This document shows positions 46,999 through 60,093 of a stretch of 64,000 nucleotides of DNA, in pieces (the stretch's first letter is position 1; every line of letters begins with the position of its first letter). Made by a program: the position numbers and the translations under genes. The notes under the pieces are model-generated. The model saw only the letters and a program-made list of their open reading frames with translations, was not told the DNA's origin and searched no databases. Origin of the DNA: Macrostomum lignano (taxonomy: Eukaryota). The stretch is from contig NIVC01003073.1 of assembly GCA_002269645.1 (NCBI GenBank), positions 1 to 64,000 of the forward strand, written 5' to 3'.

Positions 46999-49900
46999 AA
47001 TTTGCAGTCTGCAGCTTTGGCCATGCCACCAGCCTGTCTGAAAGGGACTGGATCATCTCAGGCAATGAAAAGCCTTCCCAGAGAGCAGTTCATTGTGGCC
47101 CAGTCGCACATTCACCCTCGCTGTCTTGGGCTGTTTGCCCGCAAGCCTGTGCCCCGTGGTGCAGTGCTTGGCCCACTGGAGGCTCCTCTGGTTGACCAAC
47201 ATTGCACAGGACAGTTTCTTGTGCCACTGCTGACAGCTCGGGGATTGCAATATTTTGATCTGACTGATGTAAATAAGTGCAACTGGCTCGTGTTCTTGCA
47301 GCCTCGGAAGGTGAGCATAACAGTGTCACACAGATCAGCATAGCAGTGTCACACAGATCAGCATAGCAGTGTCATACAGATCAGCATAGCAGTGTCACAT
47401 GGATCAGCATAGCAGTGTCACATGGATCAGCATAGCAGTGTCACACAGATCAGCATAACAGTGTCACACAGATCAGCATAGCAGTGTCACATGGATCAGC
47501 ATAGCAGTGTCACATGGATCAGCATAGCAGTGTCACATAGATCAGCATAGCAGTGTCACATGGATCAGCATAGCAGTGTCACACAGATCAGCATAGCAGT
47601 GTCACACAGATCAGCATAGCAGTGTCACACAGATCAGCATAGCAGTGTCATATGGATCAGCATAGCAGTGTCACATGGATCAGCATAGCAGTGTCACATA
47701 GATCAGCATAGCAGTGTCACATGGATCAGCATAGCAGTGTCACACAGATCAGCATAGCAGTGTCACACAGATCAGCATAGCAGTGTCACACAGATCAGCA
47801 TAGCAGTGTCACAGGGATCAGCATAGCAGTGTCACATGGATCAGCATAGCAGTGTCACAGGGATCAGCATAGCAGTGTCACATGGATCAGCATAGCAGTG
47901 TCACATGGATCAGCATAGCAGTGTCACATGGATCAGCATAGCAGTGTCACATGGATCAGCATAGCAGTGTCACAGGGATCAGCATAGCAGTGTCACACAG
48001 ATCAGCATAGCAGTGTCACATGGATCAGCATAGCAGTGTCACATGGATCAGCATAGCAGTGTCACATGGATCAGCATAGCAGTGTCACATGGATCAGCAT
48101 AGCAGTGTCATATGGATCAGCATAGCAGTGTCACATGGATCAGCATAGCAGTGTCACATGGATCAGCATAGCAGTGTCACATGGATCAGCATAGCAGTGT
48201 CATATGGATCAGCATAACAGTGTCACACAGATCAGCATAGCAGTGTCATACAGATCAGAATAACTGTGTCACACAGATCAGCATAGCAGTGTCATATGGA
48301 TCAGCATAGCAGTGTCACATGGATCAGCATAGCAGTGTCACATGGATCAGCATAGCAGTGTCACATGGATCAGCATAGCAGTGTCACATGGATCAGCATA
48401 GCAGTGTCACACAGATCAGCATAGCAGTGTCACATGGATCAGCATAGCAGTGTCACAGGGATCCGCATAACAGTGTCACATGGATCAGCATAGCAGTGTC
48501 ACACAGATCAGCATAGCAGTGTCACATGGATCAGCATAGCAGTGTCACATGGATCAGCATAGCAGTGTCACATGGATCAGCATAGCAGTGTCACATGGAT
48601 CAGCATAGCAGTGTCACAGGGATCAGCATAGCGGTGTCACATGGATCAGCATAGCAGTGTCACATGGATCAGCATAGCAGTGTCACATAGATCAGCATAG
48701 CAGTGTCACACAGATCAGCATAGCAGTGTCACATGGATCAGCATAGCAGTGTCACATGGATCAGCATAGCAGTGTCACATGGATCAGCATAGCAGTGTCA
48801 CAGGGATCCGCATAACAGTGTCACATGGATCAGCATAGCAGTGTCACACAGATCAGCATAGCAGTGTCACAGGGATCCGCATAACAGTGTCACATGGATC
48901 AGCATAGCAGTGTCACACAGATCAGCATAGCAGTGTCACATGGATCAGCATAGCAGTGTCACATGGATCAGCATAGCAGTGTCACATGGATCAGCATAGC
49001 AGTGTCATATGGATCAGCATAGCAGTGTCACAGGGATCAGCATAGCAGTGTCACATGGATCAGCATAGCAGTGTCACATGGATCAGCATAGCAGTGTCAC
49101 ATGGATCAGCATAGCAGTGTCATACAGATCAGAATAGCAGTGTCATATGGATCAGCATAGCAGTGTCACACAGATCAGCATAACTGTGTCACACAGATCA
49201 GCATAGCTGTGTCACATGGATCAGCATAGCAGTGTCATATGGATCAGCATAACAGTGTCACACAGATCAGCATAGCAGTGTCATACAGATCAGAATAACT
49301 GTGTCACACAGATCAGCATAGCAGTGTCACATGGATCAGCATAGCAGTGTCATACAGATCAGAATAACAGTGTCACACAGATCAGCATAGCAGTGTCACA
49401 CAGATCAGCATAGCAGTGTCACACAGATCAGCATAGCAGTGTCACACAGATCAGCATAGCAGTGTCATACAGATCAGAATAACTGTGTCACACAGATCAG
49501 CATAGCAGTGTCACATGGATCAGCATAGCAGTGTCATACAGATCAGAATAACAGTGTCACACAGATCAGCATAGCAGTGTCACACAGATCAGCATAGCAG
49601 TGTCATACAGATCAGAATAACTGTGTCACACAGATCAGCATAGCAGTGTCACATGGATCAGCATAGCAGTGTCACATGGATCAGCATAGCAGTGTCACAT
49701 GGATCAGCATAGCAGTGTCACACAGATCAGCATAGCAGTGTCACATGGATCAGCATAGCAGTGTCATATGGATCAGCATAGCAGTGTCATATGGATCAGC
49801 ATAGCAGTGTCACACAGATCAGCATAGCAGTGTCACACAGATCAGCATAGCAGTGTCACATGGATCAGCATAGCAGTGTCACATGGATCAGCATAGCTGT

Positions 49901-52900
49901 GTCACATGGATCAGCATAGCAGTGTCACACAGATCAGCATAGCAGTGTCACATAGATCAGCATAGCAGTGTCACATGGATCAGCATAGCAGTGTCACATG
50001 GATCAGCATAGCAGTGTCACATGGATCAGCATAGCAGTGTCACATGGATCAGCATAGCAGTGTCACACAGATCAGCATAGCAGTGTCACATGGATCAGCA
50101 TAGCAGTGTCACAGGGATCAGCATAGCAGTGTCACATGGATCAGCATAGCAGTGTCACATGGATCAGCATAGCAGTGTCACATGGATCAGCATAGCAGTG
50201 TCACACTAAGTCGGTGGCTAAAACCGCTCAATGAGAATCACCTTAACTGCATAAGCTGTAAAATCTATCAATCAAAAGGCGCCACCCCTTCACCTGCTGC
50301 AGACCTGCAGCTCGCAGCGCAGGCACAACCTACTGGCGCATCAGCGCGGCTCCCAGCTGTACTTTCGCTGCACCCAGTCTGTGCCGGCTGGCGAGGAGCT
50401 GCGCTTCGCGTTGAACCGCTGGATGGCCCGGCTGGCGCGGAGTGGCTTCTGCCGGAGTGGAGTGGCTGGTGGATGCGTTGCCAGGGCAGAGGCTGGGCGG
50501 CAGGCATCGGTGGCTGCTCTGACAGCTGTCAGGGCGCAGAGGCTGCTGGCGATGGCTCGGAGTCGGCTGTCTGAGGTGGCTTTCGGAGAGCAGCTGGCTC
50601 GGTCTGCAGCTTGTAGCGGTGAAATGGTGAGTGAGACGGCAGTTGATGCCTGCTCACTGTGGGGCGGTGGCTTTCACAAGTGAGGCTGTAAATGTTGATC
50701 AAGCACATTCAGAGTGAGCTTAAATTTACTCATTTCAAAAATTCTAATCATTTTATTCACACATCTATTGTCATTCACACATGGTGTGTGATTCATACAA
50801 ATTCTCATTCTTAGTCGTAAAACTTTCCTTTTGTCATTCACACATTCCAGAGCTTCACAAGAATAACATTACGCACCGCATTTCCCAATTGTTTTGAGAA
50901 GAATTTCGGTCTTGTGAAAGCGGCCCACTTATTTACTCACTCACTCATTCACTCACTTACTTCCTCACTCACTCACTCACTCATTCTCTCTCTCACTCAC
51001 TCACTCACTCACTCACTCACTCACTTACTCACTCACTCATTCATTCACTCACTCACTCACTCATTCATTCACTCACTCACTCACTCACTCACTCACTCAC
51101 TTGCTTACTCGCTCACTCATTTACTCACTCACTCACTTACTCACTCACTCATTCACTCACTCACTCACTCACTCACTCACTTGCTTACTCGCTCACTCAT
51201 TTACTCACTCACTCACTTACTCACTCACTCACTCACTTACTCACTCACTCACTCACTCTCGCTCACTCACTCACTCACTCACTCTCGCTCACCATCAGCG
51301 CCAGAGCACTGCTGCAGCCATCGGCCGGGTGTCCACCGCCACTCTCGACCAGCTGAAGGTCCGGCTGTGCCAGCGCCGACCCGCCGCTGTGCAGGACGCC
51401 GCGGCCGCCACCGCCTCAGATTCGGAGCCGCGGCAGCTGCAGGCAGGTGAAGGCGCCGCTCAATCCGGTCAAAGCGAGCTCGTCAGCTCCGACATCAGTG
51501 GCACCGGTAAGGGCGGCCGCGGCAGCGCCAGCATCAGCTCAATTCGTCGCCGGCTGCAGCGCCGCCGGACTCGCCTTCAGCCGGCGGAGTTCTGCAGGAG
51601 GCTGCAGGCAGCGCTGGCCTCAGCCGGCTTGGAGTTCGGCTGTCGCCGCTGCGGCCTGGTGATGCCGCATCCCGCTCTGGCCGGCTTGCACTCGCGCGGC
51701 TGCGTCAAAGTCGATGTGCAGCTGGATGACGTGGCCAGCGTCCAGGTTGATGCAGCTGCCGGCTTTGCCGACTCCCTGAGACATGGCGGCCGAGTTGACT
51801 GTCCGGTCTGCTGCGCCGTGCTCCAGGTGAGCTGCCGCTGAATCCTGCTTGATGTCTGATTAGCACCTGCATGATGGGATCTCTGATTAGGGATTAACAC
51901 CTGCATGATGGGATCTCTGATTAGGGATTAACACCTGTATGATGGGATTTTCTGATTAGGGATTAACACCTGCATGATGGGATCTCTGATTAGGGATTAA
52001 CACCTGCATGATGGGATCTCCGATTAGGGATTAACACCTGCATGATGGGATCTCTGATTAGGGATTAACACCTGTATGATGGGATTTTCTGATTAGGGAT
52101 TAACACCTGCATGATGGGATCTCTGATTAGGGATTAACACCTGCATGATGGGATCTCTGATTAGGGATTAACACCTGCATGATGGGATCTCTGATTAGGG
52201 ATTAACACCTGCATGATGGGATCTCTGATTAGGGATTAACACCTGTATGATGGGATCTCTGATTAAGGGATTAACACCTGCATGATGGGAGCAGTACTCT
52301 AGGCGTAGAAAAGTATACAAAAAGCGACATTTACATGCAAAAAGTACATTATGCGCTTTGCTACAGGGCGGCGCCCGCCAGCTGGCCCAGCACGTGGACG
52401 CGGCCCACTCGCTGCCGGAGCCGCGCATCGCCGGCCTGTCAGCCGCCTGCGACTTCGGCTGCTCAGCCTGCGGCTTGGCCTTCCCCGGACAGCCCGAGCT
52501 GCTGCGCCACGCGGCCGAGGCGCACGGCGTCCGCATGGACCCGGCAGGGCCCGTGTTCGACTCCTGCCCGCTGTGCAGCTTTGGCGACAGGTGAGGGAGA
52601 GTTGAATCAGTCTACTGGATAAACAATGCTGCGTGAGCTTCATGTAGCCGATGTAGCCGATATGTATCGAAATTAAGTTATCTTCAGGACGTAGCCGATA
52701 TGTATCGAAAGTGTAGTTTTTAAGGTAGCCGATATGTATTGAAAGCATGCTTTTCAGGCATTTGATATGTATCAAAATTAAGTTATTTTCAAGTAGCCGA
52801 TATGTATCGAAAGTAATTTATTTCAGGTAGCCGATATGTATCGAAAGTAATTTATTTCAGGTAGCCGATATGTATCGAAAGTATGTATTTAACCCGCAGC

Positions 52901-54952
52901 CCCAGTGCCGGCTGCCTCCGCAACCATCTGAAGTCGCACTGCCAGGGCCTCGGACAGCCGGTCTGCCAGCTCTGCGGCCACTGCAGTCGCAGCCGCCGAC
53001 AGCTGGCCCGGCACTACGAGGCCGCCCACCGGGACCCTGCGCTCGGCGACTTTCCCTGCCGCGTCTGCCACCGCCGGGCCGCCACCCTCGCCCAGGCCAA
53101 GCGGCACCAGCGCAACTGCCACAGCGGCGGCGGCACCGACAGCTCCGGCATCAGTCAGCAGCTGAAGCCGCCCCAGCAGTTTGCCTGCGACCACTGCGGT
53201 CGGAGGTTCGCCAAGCGGTCTCGCCTGCGCGACCATCTGGCCGCCTCCAGCGTTTGCCGCAGCGGCGTTGGCAGCTCAGCCGGCAACCTGCCGGTCAGCC
53301 AGCAGCCAGTCTGCCAGGGCTGCGGCCGCAGGTTCTCGCGCAGAGACAAACTCGCCGCTCACCTCAGGCTGGGCCGTTGCAAGGGCAGCAAAGGCGTCGG
53401 CGACCTCCCCGGACGGCCCAAGAAGCCGAGATGCGTGCCGCAGGTGCCCTCCACCGATTTTGAACGGTTTATTTACAAATGCCGCGACTGCAGTCTGGGC
53501 TTCAAGCGGCGTGGGGTGCTGGTCAATCATATGGTTTGTAGTTCAATATATGATGTTCCTGTTTGTATTGGTATTCTCTTTGAGTCTATTGCTGTACGTC
53601 TGGATCTTAGCGCCACAAACTCAGTCAGCACTTTGACCGCAGCACATTGGCATCAAAACCTTGACGTACCCTACACCTTGACGTACCCTACACCTTGACG
53701 TACCCTACACCTTGACCCCTACACCTTGACCCCTACACCTTGACCCCTACACCTAGACCCCTACACCTTGACCCCTACACCTTGACATCAACACCTTGAC
53801 CCCTACACCTTGACCCTACACCTTGACCCCTACACCTTGACCCCTACACCTTGACCCCTACACCTTGATCCCTACACCTTGACCCCTACACCTTGACCCC
53901 TACACCTTGACATCAACACCTTGACCCCTACACCTTGACCCCTACACCTTGACCCCTACACCTTGACCCCTACACCTTGACCCTACACCTTGACCCCTAC
54001 ACCTTGACCCCTACACCTTGACCCCTACACCTTGACATCAACACCTTGACCCTTGACCTCGGCACCTTGATCACTTGATCCCTATCAGGTCCGCGTGCAC
54101 CCGGAAATCCCGCTGAGCAGCTTGAGCGAGCTGAACCTGCCGCTGCTGCAGCAGGTGCGCAGCCGGCCCAACAACCTGCCCTGCCCGCTGTGCGGCAGCC
54201 TCTTCCGCTCCGACCAGCAGCGCCAGGCGCACCTGCAGCGGGTGCACGGGGTCGCCAGCCCGCCCGACCTGCACCTGCCGCCGCCACGCAGCGTCGCCTC
54301 AATGGTTGCTGCCTCGCTGGTCCCGGACTCGAATCCCGCATCTGGCTCCTCAGCATCCTCATCCGCGCCCATCATGGTGGTCTCAACGGCGCCATCCGTG
54401 ATCAGCATGGCGCACTGCTGCCCGCACTGTCCGCGCCAGTACGCCAAGAAGGAGAAGCTCACCTGGCACATGCGCCAGGCCCATCCCGCTCTGGCGCCGC
54501 CAACCCGCGCCCAAATCCGCGCCGCCATCGCCAGCGGCCTGCCGCACCCGCAGCTTCAGCAGCCGCAGCAGCAGCAGCAGCAGCAGATCTGCCAGTTCAG
54601 CGAGGACTCAGAGGATCTGCTCACCCAGGCATTGCGAGAGCTCACTGGAAACGGAGCCGGGGTTGACCTGCCAGCTGAGCAGCAGCAGCAGCAGGAGGCT
54701 CCCAATGTCCAGTTCCTGCTGGTCAACTCTGCCAGCGTGCCTGTGCTGTTCAACTCCGCCGTCACCGCCGGCGCCTCCACGGCCTCTCTGGAGGATGACG
54801 CGTCCGCCATCGTGGACGAGCTGACGGCCAGGGCAGCCGCTGGCGAGTCGGCCGGTTGCCACCAGCCCGCCACCGATGAAACCGACTGGCTCGAGGGCGC
54901 CATACGGGAGGCCGGCAGCGACCAACCTGCCACTGCCGGCCCACGGTGCTGA
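46999..54952 (+). CDS. PRDM10: PR/SET-domain zinc-finger protein, PRDM10-like (5' end uncertain)
   Basis: Exons ~46999-47310, 50303-50626, 51299-51826, 52367-52590, 52900-53533, 54089-54952, all GT-AG and phase-consistent. PR domain LGLFARKPVPRGAVLGPLEAP...NWLVFLQP...HNLLAHQRGSQLYF...EELRF. About 11 C2H2/C2HC fingers. CRDCSLGFKRRGVLVNHMVRVHPEIPL..ELNLP and CCPHCPRQY match PRDM10 as I recall it. Confidence 0.88.
47320..50205. repeat. 23-bp minisatellite (CAGTGTCACATGGATCAGCATAG), ~125 copies, inside the PR-domain intron
   Basis: Direct inspection; period 23. Confidence 0.97.
50930..51290. repeat. (CACT)n microsatellite, intronic
   Basis: Direct inspection. Confidence 0.95.
51865..52290. repeat. 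34-bp minisatellite (ACACCTGCATGATGGGATCTCTGATTAGGGATTA), intronic
   Basis: Direct inspection. Confidence 0.95.
52640..52885. repeat. Degenerate ~34-bp repeat (GTAGCCGATATGTATCGAAA core), intronic
   Basis: Direct inspection. Confidence 0.85.
53660..54060. repeat. 14-bp repeat (ACCTTGACCCCTAC), intronic
   Basis: Direct inspection. Confidence 0.95.
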
Positions 54953-55034
54953 GGTGCCGGCTTCCATTTTTTAGATGCACCTCAAATCGCTTCAGGCTCC
55001 AATCTTATCTCGTCTCTTTTTGATCTACTCTCAT

Positions 55035-55960
55035 CCTTATGTAATCTACTCTTACCCCTATCTGATCTACTCTCATCCCTATCTGATCTACTCTCATCCC
55101 TATCTGATCTACTCTCACCCTATCTGATCTACTCTCATCCCTATCTGATCTACTCTCATCCCTATCTGATCTACTCTCATCCCTATCTGATCTACTCTCA
55201 TCCCTATCTGATCTACTCTCATCCCTATCTGATCTACTCTTATCCCTATCTGATCTACTCTCATCCCTATCTGATCTACTCTCACCCTATCTGATCTACT
55301 CTCATCTCTATCTGATCTACTCTCACCCTATCTGATCTACTCTCATCTCTATCTGATTTACTCTCACCCTATCTGATCTACTCTTATATCTATCTGATCT
55401 ACTCTCATCCCTATCTGATCTTCTCTCATCCCTATCTGATCTACTCTCATCCCTATCTGATCTACTCTCATCCCTATCTGATCTACTCTCATCCCTATCT
55501 GATCTACTCTCATCCCTATCTGATCTACTCTTATCCCTATCTGATCTACTCTCATCCCTATCTGATCTACTCTCACCCTATCTGATCTACTCTCATCTCT
55601 ATCTGATCTACTCTCACCCTATCTGATCTACTCTCATCTCTATCTGATTTACTCTCACCCTATCTGATCTACTCTTATATCTATCTGATCTACTCTCATC
55701 CCTATCTGATCTTCTCTCATCCCTATCTGATCTACTCTCATCTCTATCTGATCTACTCTCATCCCCAGCTGATCTACTCTTATCCCTATCTGATCTACTC
55801 TCATCCCTATCTGATCTACTCTCATCCCTATCTGATCTACTCTCACCCCTATCTGATCTACTCTCATCCCTATCTGATCTACTCTCATCCCTATCTATTC
55901 TACTCTTATCCCTATCTGATCTACTCTCATCCCTATCTGATCTACTCTCATCCTTATCTA
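55035..55960. repeat. 21-bp minisatellite (CTATCTGATCTACTCTCATCC)
   Basis: Direct inspection. Confidence 0.95.
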
Positions 55961-56334
55961 ATGAAGTCCCCCATCTCAGTTTCCATACTGTATTCTAATC
56001 TGCATATAAATTCGCAGTTGTTCTTCAGTTCAAAATCATAAATTAATCAATTGAAAATTTAACCTCTGTAGTCTCACAGATCACTAAACAGCCGGTTTTG
56101 TGCTTTCAATTATTTAATTGAGTTTTGCTGTCGTGGTTAGCAAATATTTTAGCAAATATATCTAGTTTAAATAAGAGCCTGTTATTGATTGACCCAATTT
56201 TACTGACTTAATCCAATTTCTTGCAAATTTTACCTGTGCACTCAGCCGCTACATTGAGAAATGCGTAGTTTGTGTCACTGTTGCTTTAGTTTCATTTCTG
56301 GTACCATTGATACTTAAATCTTTAACACTGTTGG

Positions 56335-57115
56335 ATCCGCCCTTGTATCATCTAGATCCCTCCTGTACCGCTAGATCAGCCCCTGTTCCCCTAGATCCCC
56401 CCTGTTTCCCTAGATCCGCCCCTGTTCCCCTAGATCCGCCCCTGTACCGCTAGATCCGCCCCTGTTCCCCTAGATCCGCCCCTGTACCGCTAGATCCGCC
56501 CCTATTCCCCTAGATCCGCCCCTGTACCGCTAGATCCGCCCCTATTCCCCTAGATCCGCCCCTGTACCCCTAGATCCGCCCCTATTCCCCTAGATCCCTC
56601 CTGTACCCCTAGATCCGCCCCTATTCCCCTAGATCCGCCCCTGTACCGCTAGATCAGCCCCTGTTCCCCTAGATCAGCCCCTGTTCCCCTAGATCCGCCC
56701 CTGTTCCCCTAGATCCGCCCCTGTACCGCTAGATCAGCCCCTGTTCCCCTAGATCCGCCCCTGTTCCCCTAGATCCGCCCCTGTACCCTGAGATCCGCCA
56801 TTGTATAATCGAGATCCGCCCCTGTACCCTGAAATCCGCCATTGTATCATCGAGATCCGCCCCTGCACCCTAAAATCCGCCATTGTATCATCGAGATCCG
56901 CCCCTGTACCCTGAAATCCGCCATTGTATCATCGAGATCCGCCCCTGTACCCTGAAATCCGCCATTGTATCATCGAGATCCGCCCCTGTACCCTGAAATC
57001 CGCCATTGTATCATCGAGATCCGCCCCTGTACCCTGAAATCCGCCATTGTATCATCGAGATCCGCCCCTGTACCCTGAAATCCGCCATTGTATCATCGAG
57101 ATCCGCCCCTGTACC
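56335..57115. repeat. 20-bp repeat (TAGATCCGCCCCTGTTCCCC) grading into a 41-bp dimeric repeat
   Basis: Direct inspection. Confidence 0.92.
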
Positions 57116-57324
57116 CGTTGGTTTGAACTGAAACACCCATAGATTTCCCATTGAATGCCTCTAGATCCGTCATTAAAAAAAAATTGATTCGCCCTGGAAC
57201 ACCATTTGATCCTCTCTGTGAGCACTCTAAATACTCCCCCTGATAACTGATAAACCCGGCCCTGCAAAACACCTGGACTGAGCGTGGCAGCGCCCACAAC
57301 TCCATCCCGCAGCCCCGATCGGGA

Positions 57325-58857
57325 ATGTCGCAGTCGCACCGACCCACGCTATCGGAGGAGCAGCGCCTGGGAAGCTGCCACCAGGCCACGGTGCTGTGGC
57401 CTGAGGACAGCGCGAGCCCCGAGGCCTGGCTGGCTGCCCAGCCAGTCGAGGAGCTCAAGGCCCAGTTCGACAACGATGGCTACGCGGTTGTCCGCGGCGT
57501 TCTGACGCCCTCGGAGGTGGCGCTGCTCGGCGAGCTGTACGACCGGCTGCTGAACGGCAGCATCGACGCCAGCAGCCACCGGCACGACTTGGGGAACACG
57601 CAGACTGTGCAGAATGCCAAGTTCAAGGAGAACATCTGCCAGATCATGTGGCCCAGCCTGTTCGTGCATGTGCGGCGTGGGATTTGATATATTTTAGTCT
57701 GGGGTATTTTAGTCAGATATTTTAGTTTTGGGATATTTTAGTCTGGGGTATTTTAGTCTGGGGCAGTTTAGTCTGGGGTATTTCAGTCTGGGGTATTTCA
57801 GTTTTGGGATATTTTAGTCTGGGGTATTTTAGTCTGGGGCATTTTAGTCTGGGGTATTTCAGTCTGGGGTATTTCAGTTTTGGGATATTTTAGTCTGGGG
57901 TTTTTTAGTCTGGGGTATTTTAGTTGTGATATTTTGTCTGGGGTAATTTAGTCTGAGGTATTTGGATCTGGGATATTTTAGTCTGGGGTATTTTATTCTG
58001 AGATATTTTAGTTTTGGGATATTTTAGTCTAGGCTATATTTTTGTTTAGGGTATTTTAGTCTAGGGCATTTTAGTCTGGGGTATGTATTTTAGCCTGGGG
58101 TATTTTAGTTTGGGATTTTAAAGATTTAGCATAATTTAGTCTGGGCTATTTTATTCTGAGGTATTCGGGTCTTGTGTCTTCAATAGACAATCTCTGGCAT
58201 ACCTTTGCATCGCACAGGTTTCTCATCCATCAAGCAGATTTTATGAGCATTCACGAGTCGCATTGTAAACGCGCGCAAATTCTCTCTCTGGCGTAGGGCC
58301 TCGCGGACCCCTGCCCTGCTCGCCAGCGCCTGCGCCTGCTGGCCCGGGCGCTGCTCGGCCCCGACATGGACTTCGACTTCGACATGATGCTGGCCAAGCC
58401 GCCGCAGTCAAACACGCCCACGCCCTGGCACGCTGACGCCGCCTACTGGCTGGACATGCCAGATAAGAGGGCCGTGTCCTGCTGGCTGGCTGTGGATGCC
58501 ACCTGGCTGGACAACGGCTGCATGTGGTTCGGCCCCGGCTCTCACCGCCGGCCTCTGCTGCCGCACCGCTCCGCCGCTGCGGGCACCCACGTGCTCACCT
58601 GCGACGGCTCCGAGGCCGACGGGGTGCCGTGCGAGCTGCAGCCGGGCGACTGCACCCTGCACTCGGGCCAGACCCTGCACTACAGCCGGGGGAACACCTC
58701 CGACTGCTGGCGCCGCGGCTACGTGATGAACTTCCGGCCGCTGGCCATGGTGGAGTTTGAGCGCCAGAGAAACTATGACCACGGCCAGGCTGGGCTCGGC
58801 AAGATCTTCGGCGCCGGCCAGGCCCATGCGGCTGACGGAGCCGACGCTGTGGCCTGA
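57325..58857 (+). CDS. Phytanoyl-CoA dioxygenase (PhyH)-family Fe(II)/2-oxoglutarate dioxygenase, 2 exons, ~301 aa
   Basis: Exons 57325-57669 (donor could be 57663) and 58297-58857, phase 0. Shows QFDNDGYAVVRGVL, TPWHADAAYW (HxD), WLAVD...NGCM..PGSH, LHYSRGN (distal His) and RRGY (2OG Arg). AATAAA at 59368. Confidence 0.92.
57690..58160. repeat. 15-bp repeat (GGGGTATTTTAGTCT) filling the PhyH intron
   Basis: Direct inspection. Confidence 0.92.
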
Positions 58858-60093
58858 GACGGGCCGGCAGATCTGAGAAGAGCGATGAGCAGTGAGTTAA
58901 GCTAGATGAATTGTCGACAGTCAACTGTCGCTGATTGTTGTGCGTATGGGGCTACGTGTATTTTTGCTCTGGCGTTTGTACCTCAACCCCTGTTTAATAT
59001 CGATACGCAACCTCAGCTTTGGACAAGTAGCCTCATCTGTGTTCTATTGCAAGCAGTAGTGAGACTGAAGTGCTATTAAGGGAACAATGGACAATTATTT
59101 CAACAAGCAACAGCTACATATATACTCAGCAACATTGAAAAGTCGCCACTCTATGCGCCAGTGAGCAGTTTCTCTTGGACAGTTCTGAAATATAAGATAC
59201 GAACAAGAAAACTGATCGGGGTAGCTTTAATCCGTCCAACCGTACATGTAGCTGAGTTGCGTCACTCGCAAAGATTATGAGAGACTTTACCTGAACTAAA
59301 GAAATTATCTTCTGTGATGGCTGAATATACTTCAGTATATCTATCATGCAGTGCAAGTTGCTTTTTTAATAAAGATCCATAAATCCATCCATCCATTCGA
59401 ATATATAGAAAGGCAGTTTACAGGGGGTTTGAGGTTGAAATTTACGGTTGCGCTCGTACACAATTATGGACACTGAATATCCCAGTTTTTTCATAAACTT
59501 TTCTTGTAAATTATTTTCGAGATTCTTCTGTTATAAATCGCACTTCGTGATCTCCTTCTATGCATCTGTTTAGTCCTTATCTCATTGATTGAGCAGCACT
59601 TTGCTGTCTCAGAAAATTGTGCCTAAATTACTATTTTTAGTAACACTAATTGCATAAAAACATACATTTTTCATTTTTAGTATATAACACTAATATATAA
59701 AAGCTAATTGGGTGTTTTGATGGCTTATGCTGCACGCGTTGATTTTTAAATCGTATTTTGGGTACTTTTTAAATGTTTCTAAATATAAATCATCTTCTTT
59801 AAGTCAGATTATAAAAAAATATATCCATAAACTGTTCGCAGAGTTCCATAACATCATGTAGCAAGACTTTTGATTGACTTTTTTGCATGTCAGTCTTCTG
59901 TAGGGCATTAATTGGGTGGGACGGGGTGTAGCCCAGTAGTCTTGTGCCCATGGCTTACTGTTACTGTGCTGCTTAAATAAAACATTTAACCAAGTATACT
60001 GAGTAAATAACGTATGCAGTAGCGAGTCAGTCAGTGTTGAAGTTCCTTTAGTTTTTAGGCTCATATTTTTTTGTTATTATTAAGCGAAATTGT

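Noticed and set aside
47320-50205. Regular short repeats suggesting a CRISPR array (also 9501-9973 and 26025-27020)
   Set aside because: Units are head-to-tail with no unique spacers, no cas genes are present, and the context is eukaryotic and intronic.
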